Notes under the pieces: generated by a model
Told to the model about the DNA's origin: nothing
Database searches by the model: none
Seen by the model: the letters and a program-made list of their open reading frames with translations, nothing else
Program-made: the position numbers and the translations under genes
In this document: piece after piece, positions 9,740-19,611 of the stretch
Layout of the letters: each line of letters opens with the position of its first letter
Position numbering within the stretch: position 1 is the stretch's first letter
Assembly (NCBI GenBank): GCA_002720895.1
Contig: PBIP01000012.1
Span: 1 to 48,628, forward strand
DNA from: Pelagibacteraceae bacterium
GTDB lineage: Bacteria; Pseudomonadota; Alphaproteobacteria; GCA-002720895
Length of the DNA: 48,628 nt
Direction of reading: 5' to 3'

Positions 9740-10471
9740 TTGAAAGATATTTTGCCATTAAAACGATTATTTATAAAGACTGAACTTAAAGAGAAATCTT
9801 TAATTAAGTTATCATCGTTGAATACACATTATATATTTAATGTATTAAGAATAAGAGAAAAAGAAAAACTTTCAATTTTTAATGGTATTGAAGGAGAATG
9901 GGAATGTACTATTAAACATTTAACAAAAAAAAAGTGTCTAGTTTTAATTGAAAAACAAATAAAAAAACAAGAAAAAGAAAAAATTTTAAATATTATTTAC
10001 ACTCCTATAAAGGGTCAAAGAAACTATTATTTAATAGAAAAAATTACTGAATTAGGAATTTCAAATATTTTTCCAGTGATAACAGAAAGATCTGTCATAA
10101 AAGAATTTAATTATAAAAGAGCAAATAATTGTGCTATTGCTGCTGCACAACAGTCTGGTAGACTCAGTGTCCCAAAAATTCACGAAATGAAAAGTTTAAA
10201 AAATTTATTTGCAATTTGGAATAAAAAAAATCAAATTATTTTTTGCGATGAAACTGAAAAAAAAAAAAATTTTAATAATTTTTTAATATTTAAAAAAAAT
10301 ATAAATACTATAATTATTGGACCGGAAGGCGGTTTCTCATTATTGGAAAATAATTTTTTAAAAAGTCTTAATTATATTAATGCTTTATCTTTAGGTAATA
10401 GAGTTTTGAGAGCAGATACAGCAGCTATAAGTGCTTTAACTTTATTAAAAAATAAAAATAAATATGAATAA
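9740..10471 (+). CDS. rsmE: 16S rRNA (uracil1498-N3)-methyltransferase
   Basis: 243 aa with an N-terminal PUA-like segment (RLFIK...THYIFNVLRIREKEKLSIFNG). The C-terminal SPOUT motifs IIIGPEGGFS and LGNRVLRADTAA are present. The start is a TTG; no ATG is available. Confidence 0.8.
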   Translation: MKDILPLKRLFIKTELKEKSLIKLSSLNTHYIFNVLRIREKEKLSIFNGIEGEWECTIKHLTKKKCLVLIEKQIKKQEKEKILNIIYTPIKGQRNYYLIEKITELGISNIFPVITERSVIKEFNYKRANNCAIAAAQQSGRLSVPKIHEMKSLKNLFAIWNKKNQIIFCDETEKKKNFNNFLIFKKNINTIIIGPEGGFSLLENNFLKSLNYINALSLGNRVLRADTAAISALTLLKNKNKYE

Positions 10472-11807
10472 AATTCTAAGAAATAAAAATGAAATAATTG
10501 AATATTTCGAAAAAGGCTCAAAACCTAAAAAATTTTGGAAAATTGGAACTGAGCATGAAAAATTTATTTATAATTTAAATAATTTAGAACCAATTAATTA
10601 TCATGGAAAAAATGGAATAAAATCTTTATTCAAATCACTAAAAAAAAAAGGTTGGAAGGAAATTTTTGAAGGTAAAAATTTAATAGCTTTGAAAAATAAA
10701 GGATCCACAATATCACTCGAGCCTAGGTGCCAAATAGAACTATCTGGAGGTACAGTAAAAACTATTCACGAGACTTGTAGAGAAGCAAAAACTTATCTTG
10801 ATCAACTTAAAACTATTTGTGTAAAAAAGAAATTGGGTATTCTTGGATTAGGTTATTATCCAAGAAACTTTAAAAAAAATAGTGGTTGGGTTCCAAAAAA
10901 AAGATATTCAATTATGAAGAAAAGAATGAAAATGACAGGTTCTCACGGATTAGAAATGATGTCGTCGACTTGTTGTATCCAAACTAATTTAGATTATGCA
11001 AGTGAAGATGATATGTTTAAAAAAGTAAGAATAGGATTTGTTTTACAACCATTTATAACTGCTTTATTTGCCAATTCTCCTATTATAAATAAAAAAAAAT
11101 CTAAATTTTTAAGTTATAGAAGTTATATTTGGAATAATACCGATAAAAAAAGATGTGGCATAATTCCTGAAGTTTTTTCAAAAAAATTTACATTTGATCA
11201 ATATGTTTCTTATCTATTAAAAGTACCAATGTATTTTGTTGTTAAAAATGGAAAATATAATGAAGTGAAGAATCAAAATTTTGAAGATTTTTTAAATGGA
11301 AAATTAAAAAAATTTCCAAAAAATTTTCCTAATATTAAAGATTTAGAAAATCATATTAGTACAATTTTTACTGATGTTAGAATTAAACAATATATTGAAA
11401 TGAGAGGCGCTGATAGCGGCGCTTGGAATAGAATATGTGCTTTACCTGCATTTTGGGTCGGACTTTTGTATAATAAATCAATATTAGATCAAATTTTTTT
11501 AATGATAAAAAATTGGACATATGAAGAAATTTTTTATTTGAACAAAGATGTTCAAAAATATGGATTAAAATCAAAATTAAAAGGGAAAAAAATACAAAAA
11601 ATTTGTATCGAAATTTTGAAATTAGCTAAGAAAGGATTGAATATAAGAAAATGTTTGAATAAAAAAAAGGAAAACGAAGAACACTTTTTAGATGTATTAT
11701 TTGAAATAGCTAATTCAGGTGTAACTCCAGCTGAAGATATAATAAATAATTATATTGATAAAAAAAATAATTGTTCTGAAAAAATATTTATTGATAATTC
11801 ATATTAA
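10464..11807 (+). CDS. gshA: glutamate--cysteine ligase (plant/alphaproteobacterial GCS2 type)
   Basis: 447 aa with GTEHEKF near the N-terminus, EPRCQIELSG, and FTDVRIKQYIEMRGADSG, typical of GCS2-family GshA. Confidence 0.85.
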   Translation: MNKILRNKNEIIEYFEKGSKPKKFWKIGTEHEKFIYNLNNLEPINYHGKNGIKSLFKSLKKKGWKEIFEGKNLIALKNKGSTISLEPRCQIELSGGTVKTIHETCREAKTYLDQLKTICVKKKLGILGLGYYPRNFKKNSGWVPKKRYSIMKKRMKMTGSHGLEMMSSTCCIQTNLDYASEDDMFKKVRIGFVLQPFITALFANSPIINKKKSKFLSYRSYIWNNTDKKRCGIIPEVFSKKFTFDQYVSYLLKVPMYFVVKNGKYNEVKNQNFEDFLNGKLKKFPKNFPNIKDLENHISTIFTDVRIKQYIEMRGADSGAWNRICALPAFWVGLLYNKSILDQIFLMIKNWTYEEIFYLNKDVQKYGLKSKLKGKKIQKICIEILKLAKKGLNIRKCLNKKKENEEHFLDVLFEIANSGVTPAEDIINNYIDKKNNCSEKIFIDNSY

Positions 11808-11836
11808 AAACAATTTATGTAGTTATTTATAAAAAA

Positions 11837-12124
11837 ATGAAAAAAAAATTTAAAAATTTAAATGAAGTTAGAAAAAATATCGACAATGTTGATGAGCGTT
11901 TAGTTAAATTAATAGCTGAAAGAGAATCTTATGTTAGAGAGGCGTTGAGATTTAAAATAACTAAAAAACAAATTATTGATAGAAAAAGAATTAGTATTGT
12001 TTTAAAAAGAATAAAAAAATTATCTAAAAAATATAAAGTAGAAAGTGTAATTACTCAAAGAATTTGGAAATTAATGATTAATAATTTTATTATTTTAGAA
12101 AATAAATTATTTAAAAAGAAATAA
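11837..12124 (+). CDS. chorismate mutase (AroQ / CM type 2 domain)
   Basis: 95 aa. LNEVRKNIDNVDERLVKLIAERESYVREALRFK matches the helical AroQ signature (R-x-x-ID-x-D-x-x-L-x-x-L-x-x-R). Confidence 0.7.
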   Translation: MKKKFKNLNEVRKNIDNVDERLVKLIAERESYVREALRFKITKKQIIDRKRISIVLKRIKKLSKKYKVESVITQRIWKLMINNFIILENKLFKKK

Positions 12125-12141
12125 GTAAATTATTTTATTTT

Positions 12142-13575
12142 TTAAACGTCAGTTCCGCCAACTAGTATTTCGTCAACTAAAATTGTTGGTTGCCCAACTC
12201 CAACAGGAACTCCTTGACCTTCTTTTCCACATGTTCCAATTCCACCATCAAGAGCCATATTATTTCCAACTAAAGAAATTTTTTTTAAAACTTCTTCTCC
12301 TTTACCAATTAAAGTCGCGCCTTTTACTGGTTTTGTGATTTTACCATTTTCTATCATATAAGCTTCAGAAGCAGAAAATTCGAATTGACCAGAAGTTATA
12401 TCAACACTTCCTCCTGAAAAGTTTACTGCATACAATCCTTTTTTTACTGATTTGAATATATCTTCTTGAGGAACATTTCCTGAAAGCATATACGTATTAG
12501 TCATTCTAGGCATTGGAAGGTATTCATAACTTTCTCTTCTTCCATTACCTGTTGTTTTAGTTTTCATTAATCGAGCATTCAACCTATCTTGCATATGTCC
12601 TACCATAATTCCATTTTCAATTAAAGGCGTACACTGACTTGGTGTTCCTTCATCATCAACAGTTATAGATCCTCTTCGATTATTTATTGTTCCATCATCA
12701 ACAACAGTAACATTTTTTGATGCAATTTTTTTTCCAAGAAGATCTGAAAATACTGATATTTTTTTTCTATTAAAATCACCTTCAAGACCATGACCTATTG
12801 CTTCATGAAGAATAATTCCTGGCCAGCCTGGTCCTAAAACAATTGGCATTTTCCCAGCAGGAGTGGGACTTGATTTTAAATTAGTGATAGCTTGTCTTAA
12901 AGCATCTTTTGTTTGTTTTTTCCAATACTCATCATTAAAAAATTCTATATAATTTTTTCTACCACCAACTCCACTTGAACCAGTTTCCATTCTTTTCCCA
13001 TTATCCACAGTTATAGAAATATTTAATCTTACAAGTGGTCTAATATCTCCACAATGATATCCGCCTTTTCTTAATATATGAACTACTTGCCATTCCCCTG
13101 AAAGAGAAGCTGAAACTTGTTTCACTCTTTTATCTAATTTTCTTGCGTAATTATCTATAGATTTTAAAAGTTTTGTTTTTTCTTCAGAAGTAAAATTATT
13201 TAAAGGGTTTGTATTAGAATAATGTTTTTTATTTGTTCTTATTGGATCAATAATTTTAGACTTAGAAGATGATGACAAAATAGATTTAACAGTTTTACCA
13301 GCATTTAGAATACTTTTTTCACTAATATCGGAAGAATGTGAATAAGCAGATGTTTCATCTTTAACTGAACGAAGTCCAAAGCCTTTATCTATAGATGTGC
13401 TAGCATTTTTAATTTTTTTATCATCAAAAATAAAGTTTTCTGATTGTTTAAATTCTAAAAAAAGTTCGCCGTCATCTGCTTTTCTTAGTGATTCGTTTAC
13501 AATTTTTTCTGTTTTTGTAAAATCGAGATTCTCTTTTTTAAAGAATAAATCATAAGAATTATTAATTTTATTCAT
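12142..13575 (-). CDS. tldD: metalloprotease TldD
   Basis: 477 aa with the zinc motif HEAIGHGLEGD and the conserved C-terminus GTCGKEGQGVPVGVGQPT. Confidence 0.9.
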   Translation of the reverse strand: MNKINNSYDLFFKKENLDFTKTEKIVNESLRKADDGELFLEFKQSENFIFDDKKIKNASTSIDKGFGLRSVKDETSAYSHSSDISEKSILNAGKTVKSILSSSSKSKIIDPIRTNKKHYSNTNPLNNFTSEEKTKLLKSIDNYARKLDKRVKQVSASLSGEWQVVHILRKGGYHCGDIRPLVRLNISITVDNGKRMETGSSGVGGRKNYIEFFNDEYWKKQTKDALRQAITNLKSSPTPAGKMPIVLGPGWPGIILHEAIGHGLEGDFNRKKISVFSDLLGKKIASKNVTVVDDGTINNRRGSITVDDEGTPSQCTPLIENGIMVGHMQDRLNARLMKTKTTGNGRRESYEYLPMPRMTNTYMLSGNVPQEDIFKSVKKGLYAVNFSGGSVDITSGQFEFSASEAYMIENGKITKPVKGATLIGKGEEVLKKISLVGNNMALDGGIGTCGKEGQGVPVGVGQPTILVDEILVGGTDV

Positions 13576-13663
13576 AATTTTTCAATTTATAACAATATAG
13601 TATTTATAAATCAATATAAGCATTTTTTTTGTTGATAAAGTTATATTTTCTTTTACTTTATTT

Positions 13664-14521
13664 GTGTATAGGGATAAATTTGTGAAAAAATTTTTTTTAT
13701 TTTTTACTGCATTTTTTAGTGCTTTAGGTTCTGCATTTGCTGATGGCGGTCCAAAAGAATGGCAAATGAATTTTAGACCAGCTGCTACTCCAACAATGGA
13801 AAAAGTTGTTGCTTTTCATAACTTTGTAAATCCAATAATTATTGCAATTGCTTTATTTGTAATTGCATTAATGACTTATATAGCTATAAGATTTAGCGCT
13901 AAAAATAATCCTAAACCTACTAAAACTACGCATAATACAACGCTTGAGATCATATGGACTGTAATACCAGTTTTGATTTTAGTAGTAATATCAGTTCCAG
14001 CATTTAAACTTTTGTATTTTTCACACTATAATCCTAATACTGAAATGACTATAAAAGCGATAGGAAATCAATGGTATTGGTCGTATGAATATCCAGATCA
14101 TGGAATTGCTTTTGATAGTAATATGCTTTGCGGTACAAAAGAAGAGTGTGATGAGTTAGATAAAGAAACTGGAAAGAAACATGTTAGATTGTTAGATGTT
14201 GATGAACCAGTAGTAGTTCCAGTAAATAAAAAAATTAAAATTATTTCAACCGCAAGTGATGTGATTCATAGTTTTGCAGTTCCAGCATTTGGTATCAAAA
14301 TAGACGGAGTACCTGGTAGAGCTCAAGATACATGGTTTGAAGTTATTAATGAAGGCACTTATTATGGACAATGTTCTGAATTATGCGGAATGTTGCATGG
14401 TTTTATGCCAATTGCTGTTAAAGCTGTTTCAGAAGATAAGTTTAATGAATGGGTTCAAAATAAAAAAGCAGCTGCAAGTAATAATTTAGAATTTAAAAAA
14501 GTAGAAATTATTAATAATTAA
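13664..14521 (+). CDS. coxB: cytochrome c oxidase (aa3-type) subunit II
   Basis: Signal peptide plus two TM helices and the CuA centre HSFAVP...CSELCGMLHGFMP. The tracked start is GTG 13664; GTG at 13682 (MKKFFLFFTAFF...) is an equally plausible start. Confidence 0.95.
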   Translation: MYRDKFVKKFFLFFTAFFSALGSAFADGGPKEWQMNFRPAATPTMEKVVAFHNFVNPIIIAIALFVIALMTYIAIRFSAKNNPKPTKTTHNTTLEIIWTVIPVLILVVISVPAFKLLYFSHYNPNTEMTIKAIGNQWYWSYEYPDHGIAFDSNMLCGTKEECDELDKETGKKHVRLLDVDEPVVVPVNKKIKIISTASDVIHSFAVPAFGIKIDGVPGRAQDTWFEVINEGTYYGQCSELCGMLHGFMPIAVKAVSEDKFNEWVQNKKAAASNNLEFKKVEIINN

Positions 14522-14526
14522 ATTTT

Positions 14527-15357
14527 ATGAAATTTGAAAAACACAATTATCATTTAGTTGATCCAAGTCCTTGGCCTTTTGTAGGATCCATTGCAACATT
14601 AATAATGGCTTTTGGCGCTATTATTTATTTTGGTGATGGGATGGCATTTGGAACAGAAGAAACAACTCGAGGTCCTATGGCCCCAATGTTAGTTGGCCTT
14701 GGTTTAGTAATATTAACAATGATTTTATGGTGGAGAGATGTAATAAAAGAATCTCATAAGGGGTTTCATAATCAGATTGTTCAAATTGGATTAAAATACG
14801 GAATGGTATTATTTATTGCTTCAGAAGTATGTTTTTTTGTAGCTTTTTTTTGGGCTTTTTTTGATGTTAGTCTTCCTGGTCAATATGAATGGAGGTCTGC
14901 AATAGGTGGAATATGGCCACCAGAAGGAGTGGAAACAATGCATGCTTGGGGTATTCCATTAATTAACACAATAATTTTACTAACATCAGGAGCAACATTA
15001 ACATGGGCACATCATGGACTTAGAGAAAATAATAGAAAACAACTTATAGTTGGTTTGATTGTTACTTTAATATTAGGTTTTACATTTACATATTTGCAAG
15101 CTTATGAATATCATGAAGCAAAATTTGGTTTTACTGAAGGTATTTATTCTTCTACTTTTTATATGGCTACAGGATTTCATGGTTTTCATGTTTTAGTTGG
15201 GTCTACTTTTTTATTAGTTTGTTTAATTAGATCTATTCAAGGACATTTTTCTCCTGACCATCATGTAGGTTTTGAAGCGGCTGCGTGGTATTGGCATTTT
15301 GTTGATGTAGTATGGATTTTTCTTTTTACTGCTGTATATTGGTGGGGGACAATGTAA
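14527..15357 (+). CDS. coxC: cytochrome c oxidase subunit III
   Basis: 276 aa with the N-terminal HNYHLVDPSPWP, GFHGFHVLVG, and the C-terminal WYWHFVDVVW hallmark of subunit III. Confidence 0.95.
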   Translation: MKFEKHNYHLVDPSPWPFVGSIATLIMAFGAIIYFGDGMAFGTEETTRGPMAPMLVGLGLVILTMILWWRDVIKESHKGFHNQIVQIGLKYGMVLFIASEVCFFVAFFWAFFDVSLPGQYEWRSAIGGIWPPEGVETMHAWGIPLINTIILLTSGATLTWAHHGLRENNRKQLIVGLIVTLILGFTFTYLQAYEYHEAKFGFTEGIYSSTFYMATGFHGFHVLVGSTFLLVCLIRSIQGHFSPDHHVGFEAAAWYWHFVDVVWIFLFTAVYWWGTM

Positions 15358-15360
15358 AAA

Positions 15361-16947
15361 ATGGCATATTCAGCTACAGCAGAACATCATGATCACGGAC
15401 ATCCAACTGGATGGAAAAGATGGTTGTTTTCAACTAATCACAAAGACATAGGAACAATGTACATAATTTTTGCAATAGTTGCAGGATTAATAGGCTTAGC
15501 AATGTCACTAGGAATGAGAGCTGAATTAGCTGAACCCGGTTTACAGGTTTTAGGTGGAGATCATCAACTTTATAATACGCTTGTGTCAATGCATGGATTG
15601 ATCATGATCTTTGCAATGGTTATGCCATCAATGATAGGGGGGTTTGGAAATTGGTTTGTTCCTATCATGATAGGTGCTCCAGATATGGCTTTTCCTAGAA
15701 TGAATAATGTTAGTTTTTGGTTATTAATTCCAGGTTTCTTATGTTTATTAATGGCGTATAAGACTGGCATGGGTTCGGGTTGGACTTTCTATCCACCTCT
15801 TAGTTCCAAAATTGGACATCCAGGAAATTCAGTAGATTACTTAATTTTAGGAGTTCATATACTAGGAGCTTCTTCAATATTAGGTGCCATAAATTTTATT
15901 ACTACAATATTTAATATGCGTGCTCCTGGCATGACATTGCATAAAATGCCACTATTTGTTTGGGCAATTTTAGTTACAGTTTTTTTATTACTTTTATCTC
16001 TACCAGTACTTGCTGGCGCAATCACAATGTTGTTAACTGATAGAAATTTTGGAACAAGTTTTTTTGATCCTGCAGGCGGAGGAGATCCTGTTTTATTTCA
16101 ACATCTTTTTTGGTTTTTTGGACATCCAGAAGTATATGTTTTAATTATTCCTGGTTTTGGTGTAATTAGCCATATAGTTTCGACTTTTTCAAAAAAACCA
16201 ATTTTTGGTTATCTTGGAATGGCATATGCAATGGTTGCAATAGGAGTTGTAGGCTTTGCTGTTTGGGCGCACCACATGTACACCGCCGGTATGGATATAG
16301 ATACAAGAGCATATTTTAATGCAGCTACTATGGTTATTGCAGTACCAACAGGAATTAAAATTTTTAGCTGGCTTGCAACTATGTGGGGTGGTTCAATTAG
16401 TTTTAAAACTCCAATGCTATGGGCACTTGGTTTTATCTTTTTGTTTACTGTTGGAGGAGTAACAGGCGTTGTTCTTGCTAATGCCGGGCTAGACTTTGCA
16501 TTACATGACACATATTATGTTGTTGGCCATTTTCATTACACAATGTCTATCGCAGCTCTTTTTGGAATTTTTGCTTCATTTTATTATTGGTTTTCAAAAA
16601 TGTTTGGAAAAGAATATTCTGAAAGTTTAGGAAAACTTCATTTTTGGATAACTTTTATTGGCGTTAATTTAACTTTCTTTCCAATGCATTTTCTAGGTTT
16701 AGCTGGAATGCCAAGAAGAATTCCTGATTATCCTGACGCTTACGCTGGTTGGCACAGCATTTCATCTTACGGAGCAATAATTAGTGCAATTGGAGTTGTT
16801 GTTTTTCTTTATCTTGTATTTAAAGCGTTATTTACTGGTAAAAAAGCTGTGGCAAATCCATGGGGTGAAGGAGCTACAACATTAGAGTGGACAGTAAGTT
16901 CGCCTCCACCATTCCATACTTTTGGCGACAAAGTACCAAAAACTTAA
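15361..16947 (+). CDS. coxA: cytochrome c oxidase subunit I
   Basis: 528 aa with [23 protein letters not shown] and VWAHHMYT (CuB/heme a3 ligands), and YVVGHFHY. Confidence 0.97.
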   Translation: MAYSATAEHHDHGHPTGWKRWLFSTNHKDIGTMYIIFAIVAGLIGLAMSLGMRAELAEPGLQVLGGDHQLYNTLVSMHGLIMIFAMVMPSMIGGFGNWFVPIMIGAPDMAFPRMNNVSFWLLIPGFLCLLMAYKTGMGSGWTFYPPLSSKIGHPGNSVDYLILGVHILGASSILGAINFITTIFNMRAPGMTLHKMPLFVWAILVTVFLLLLSLPVLAGAITMLLTDRNFGTSFFDPAGGGDPVLFQHLFWFFGHPEVYVLIIPGFGVISHIVSTFSKKPIFGYLGMAYAMVAIGVVGFAVWAHHMYTAGMDIDTRAYFNAATMVIAVPTGIKIFSWLATMWGGSISFKTPMLWALGFIFLFTVGGVTGVVLANAGLDFALHDTYYVVGHFHYTMSIAALFGIFASFYYWFSKMFGKEYSESLGKLHFWITFIGVNLTFFPMHFLGLAGMPRRIPDYPDAYAGWHSISSYGAIISAIGVVVFLYLVFKALFTGKKAVANPWGEGATTLEWTVSSPPPFHTFGDKVPKT

Positions 16948-16966
16948 TTTCTTCTTTAATGTTTTT

Positions 16967-16971
16967 GGAGG
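16967..16971 (+). promoter_or_regulatory. Shine-Dalgarno sequence (GGAGG) for ctaB
   Basis: GGAGG sits 7 nt upstream of the ATG at 16979. It is one of very few strong SD matches in this AT-rich window. Confidence 0.5.
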
Positions 16972-16978
16972 TTAATCT

Positions 16979-17899
16979 ATGATTTCAAAAGCAACCTCTG
17001 TAAATAAAAAAAATTCACTAAAATATGATTATATTTTTTTTATAAAAGATTACTTTAGCTTAGTTAAACCCAAGGTTATGACGCTTGTTGTTTTCACTGC
17101 TTTTGTTGGAATATTTGTCGCACCTGTAACAATTCATCCTTGGATAGCATTTATATCAATATTTTGTATTGCACTAGGTTCTGGTGCAGCTGGGGCTTTT
17201 AATATGTGGTACGAAACTGATTTAGATCTTAAAATGATTAGAACTAGAAAAAGAGTCTTGCCTTCTGCAAAAATAAAAAAAAACGAAGCTCTTGGTATAG
17301 CAATTTTTTTTTCATTTATTTCTATATATGTGATGGCACTTACTGTTAGTTATTATGCAGCGGCTTTTTTAGCATTCTCAATTTTTTTTTATGTTGTAAT
17401 TTATACAATATGGTTAAAACCTAGAACGAAATATAATATTGTTATTGGTGGTGCTGCAGGCGCTTTCCCACCTGCAATAGGTTGGCTTTCTGTAACTGGA
17501 ACTTTAGACACGCTCCCATTCTTAATGTTTTTAATAATTTTTATGTGGACACCTCCACATTTTTGGGCTTTGTCTTTATATTGCTTAAAAGATTATAAAT
17601 CAGCTGGCTTTCCTATGCTGCCTGTTGTATCAGGTATAAAAAAAACAAAAGAACAAATTGTTATTTATTCAATTTTAATGTTTTTAGTAACACTTTTGCC
17701 CTTCTTTTTAGGTTATTTTGGATTCGTATATTTAATTATATCAATTTTATTGGGCTTATATTTTATTTTTCATTCTTTAAAAGTATATTTTGACAATAAA
17801 CCGGAAAATAAATCAATAAAAATGTTTCTTTATTCTATAATTTATTTATATATTTTATTTTTAGGGATGATCATTGATCACTTAAAATTATTAAATTAA
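16979..17899 (+). CDS. ctaB: protoheme IX farnesyltransferase (heme O synthase)
   Basis: 306-aa polytopic UbiA-family protein with NMWYETDLDLKMIRTRKRVLPS and WTPPHFWALSL. It lies in the cox cluster. Confidence 0.9.
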   Translation: MISKATSVNKKNSLKYDYIFFIKDYFSLVKPKVMTLVVFTAFVGIFVAPVTIHPWIAFISIFCIALGSGAAGAFNMWYETDLDLKMIRTRKRVLPSAKIKKNEALGIAIFFSFISIYVMALTVSYYAAAFLAFSIFFYVVIYTIWLKPRTKYNIVIGGAAGAFPPAIGWLSVTGTLDTLPFLMFLIIFMWTPPHFWALSLYCLKDYKSAGFPMLPVVSGIKKTKEQIVIYSILMFLVTLLPFFLGYFGFVYLIISILLGLYFIFHSLKVYFDNKPENKSIKMFLYSIIYLYILFLGMIIDHLKLLN

Positions 17900-17901
17900 A
17901 T

Positions 17902-18021
17902 ATGAAAAATCTAAGTAAAGAAGAATTAAAAAAAAGAAAAGCAAAAAATCTTGCATTATTAATAATTTTATTAATATTAGTTTTAATTTTTTATGTAATT
18001 ACTTTTATAAAGCTTTCATGA
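17902..18021 (+). CDS. small single-pass membrane protein (39 aa) between ctaB and ctaG
   Basis: Not in the ORF track because it is too short. ATG 17902 to TGA 18019-18021 gives MKNLSKEELKKRKAKNLALLIILLILVLIFYVITFIKLS, a charged N-terminus followed by one hydrophobic helix. It fills the only sizeable gap in the cox cluster, where alphaproteobacterial cox operons often carry a small membrane ORF. Confidence 0.45.
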   Translation: MKNLSKEELKKRKAKNLALLIILLILVLIFYVITFIKLS

Positions 18022-18028
18022 GATATAT

Positions 18029-18583
18029 ATGGGAAATAATTTAAAAATAACATTTAGTCTTATTTTTGTTGTTTGTTTCATGCTCTTTTTATCTTTTGCT
18101 GCTGTTCCTCTATATAAATTATTCTGTCAAGTTACTGGATACGGAGGTACTCCAAAAATAGTTAATGTAGAAGATAAAATAAAAATTTCTGAAAAAAAAA
18201 TAAAAATTGAATTTAACTCAGATGTTAATAAAAAACTAAATTGGTCTTTTAAGCCTGAGCAAAGAAGTATAGAATCTAAAATTGGAGAATCTGTATTAGC
18301 TTTTTATAAAGCAAAAAATAATGGAAATGAAAGCTTAACAGGTATCGCAACATATAATGTTCTCCCATTTGAAGCTGGCCAGTATTTTAATAAAGTAGAT
18401 TGTTTTTGTTTTGAAAATCAAACATTACAACCGGGTGAAGAGATTTTATTACCTATCAATTTCTATATTGATCCTAAAATTTTAGATGATCCAAATGTTA
18501 AACATTTAAATAGTCTTGTTTTATCATATACTTTTTTTCAATCAGATGAAGATTTGAAAAAGATTTCAAGAAATAATAATTAA
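18029..18583 (+). CDS. ctaG: cytochrome c oxidase assembly protein CtaG/Cox11 (CuB insertion)
   Basis: 184 aa with an N-terminal TM helix, FCQVTGYGGTP and the copper-binding CFCFENQ motif. Confidence 0.9.
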   Translation: MGNNLKITFSLIFVVCFMLFLSFAAVPLYKLFCQVTGYGGTPKIVNVEDKIKISEKKIKIEFNSDVNKKLNWSFKPEQRSIESKIGESVLAFYKAKNNGNESLTGIATYNVLPFEAGQYFNKVDCFCFENQTLQPGEEILLPINFYIDPKILDDPNVKHLNSLVLSYTFFQSDEDLKKISRNNN

Positions 18584-18588
18584 GTTTT

Positions 18589-18930
18589 GTGGAAAAAAAA
18601 CCTTCACTAATATATGTTCTTCAAAATTCCTGTTGCCCACAATGTGGGAGACAATCTATATTTCAAAATTTTCTTAAAATAAAAGAAAAATGTAGTTGTG
18701 GTTTAAAATTATCAAATCATGAAATTGGAGATGGACCTAGTTTTTTTTCAATGTTTTTTTTAAATATTTTTATAATCTTTAGTGCAATTTTAGTCGAAAT
18801 TAAGTATTCACCTCCACTCTGGGTTCATATTATACTTTGGGGACCTTTAATTATATTTTTATCAGTTTTTTTAATTAGATATTTAAAAATACTTTTTTTA
18901 TTTTTAAATTTTAAATATAGAAGCAAGTAA
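18589..18930 (+). CDS. DUF983 domain-containing membrane protein
   Basis: 113 aa with the zinc-ribbon-like CPQCG...CSCG followed by two TM helices. This is the usual DUF983 neighbour of SURF1/cox genes in alphaproteobacteria. GTG start. Confidence 0.65.
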   Translation: MEKKPSLIYVLQNSCCPQCGRQSIFQNFLKIKEKCSCGLKLSNHEIGDGPSFFSMFFLNIFIIFSAILVEIKYSPPLWVHIILWGPLIIFLSVFLIRYLKILFLFLNFKYRSK

Positions 18931-19611
18931 GTGTTACCAAAAATAAAATCTATAACTTTAATCTCGGTGATACTTTCTTTAATTTGCCTATGTTTAAGCA
19001 TATGGCAATTTAAAAGACTTACATGGAAAGAAAATTTGATTATTAATATTGAAAAAGCTTATAACTCTAATTCTCTAAATATAAATCTATTAACTGGCGA
19101 TTTAAGTAACTTTAAATTTAATAAAGTAGATTTAGTAGGTTTCTTTACAAACCAAAAAAGTATGTTTTTAGGTCCAAGGGTAAATAAAGATAAAGCTGGC
19201 TATAATTTAATTACTCCTTTTTTTATTAAAGATGGAAGATATATTTTAGTGAATAGAGGTTGGGTTAAAGATAAAAAAAAAATTAAAGAAGATAAAACAG
19301 AATATAAACTAATAGGTATTTTAAAACAAGCAAACATTAAGAATATTTTTACACCTGAAAATTCTTTGGGAGAAAACTTATGGTTTTATATTAATACTAA
19401 TGAAATGTCTGAATATTCAGATTTAAATTTAATAGATAATGTTTTTGTGGATTTAATTAAAATTGATCCTAATAATAAAGTTTCTATTATAAATTCTTCA
19501 ATTCCCAAAATTACAAATAATCATTTACAATATGCAATTACGTGGGCAATACTTGCATTATTATTTTTAGTTATGAATTATATTTATTATAAAAAAAAAG
19601 ATGAAAAATAA
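18931..19611 (+). CDS. SURF1 family cytochrome oxidase biogenesis protein
   Basis: 226 aa with N- and C-terminal TM helices. It has WQFKRLTWKENL, VNRGWV and NNHLQYAITWAILAL motifs of SURF1/Shy1. GTG start. Confidence 0.8.
   Translation: MLPKIKSITLISVILSLICLCLSIWQFKRLTWKENLIINIEKAYNSNSLNINLLTGDLSNFKFNKVDLVGFFTNQKSMFLGPRVNKDKAGYNLITPFFIKDGRYILVNRGWVKDKKKIKEDKTEYKLIGILKQANIKNIFTPENSLGENLWFYINTNEMSEYSDLNLIDNVFVDLIKIDPNNKVSIINSSIPKITNNHLQYAITWAILALLFLVMNYIYYKKKDEK

Noticed and set aside
13576-13663. ATCAA ... TTGAT elements in the tldD/coxB divergent spacer, as a possible FNR/CRP-type oxygen-responsive site.
   Set aside because: The orientation and spacing (ATCAA-N18-TTGAT) do not match the TTGAT-N4-ATCAA consensus. 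It is easily produced by chance in AT-rich DNA.
15570-16511. Minus-strand ORFs 15570..15770 and 16209..16511 inside coxA.
   Set aside because: coxA is unambiguous, with all heme and Cu ligand motifs. The antisense ORFs have no motifs and arise from the locally higher-GC, stop-poor membrane-protein coding sequence.
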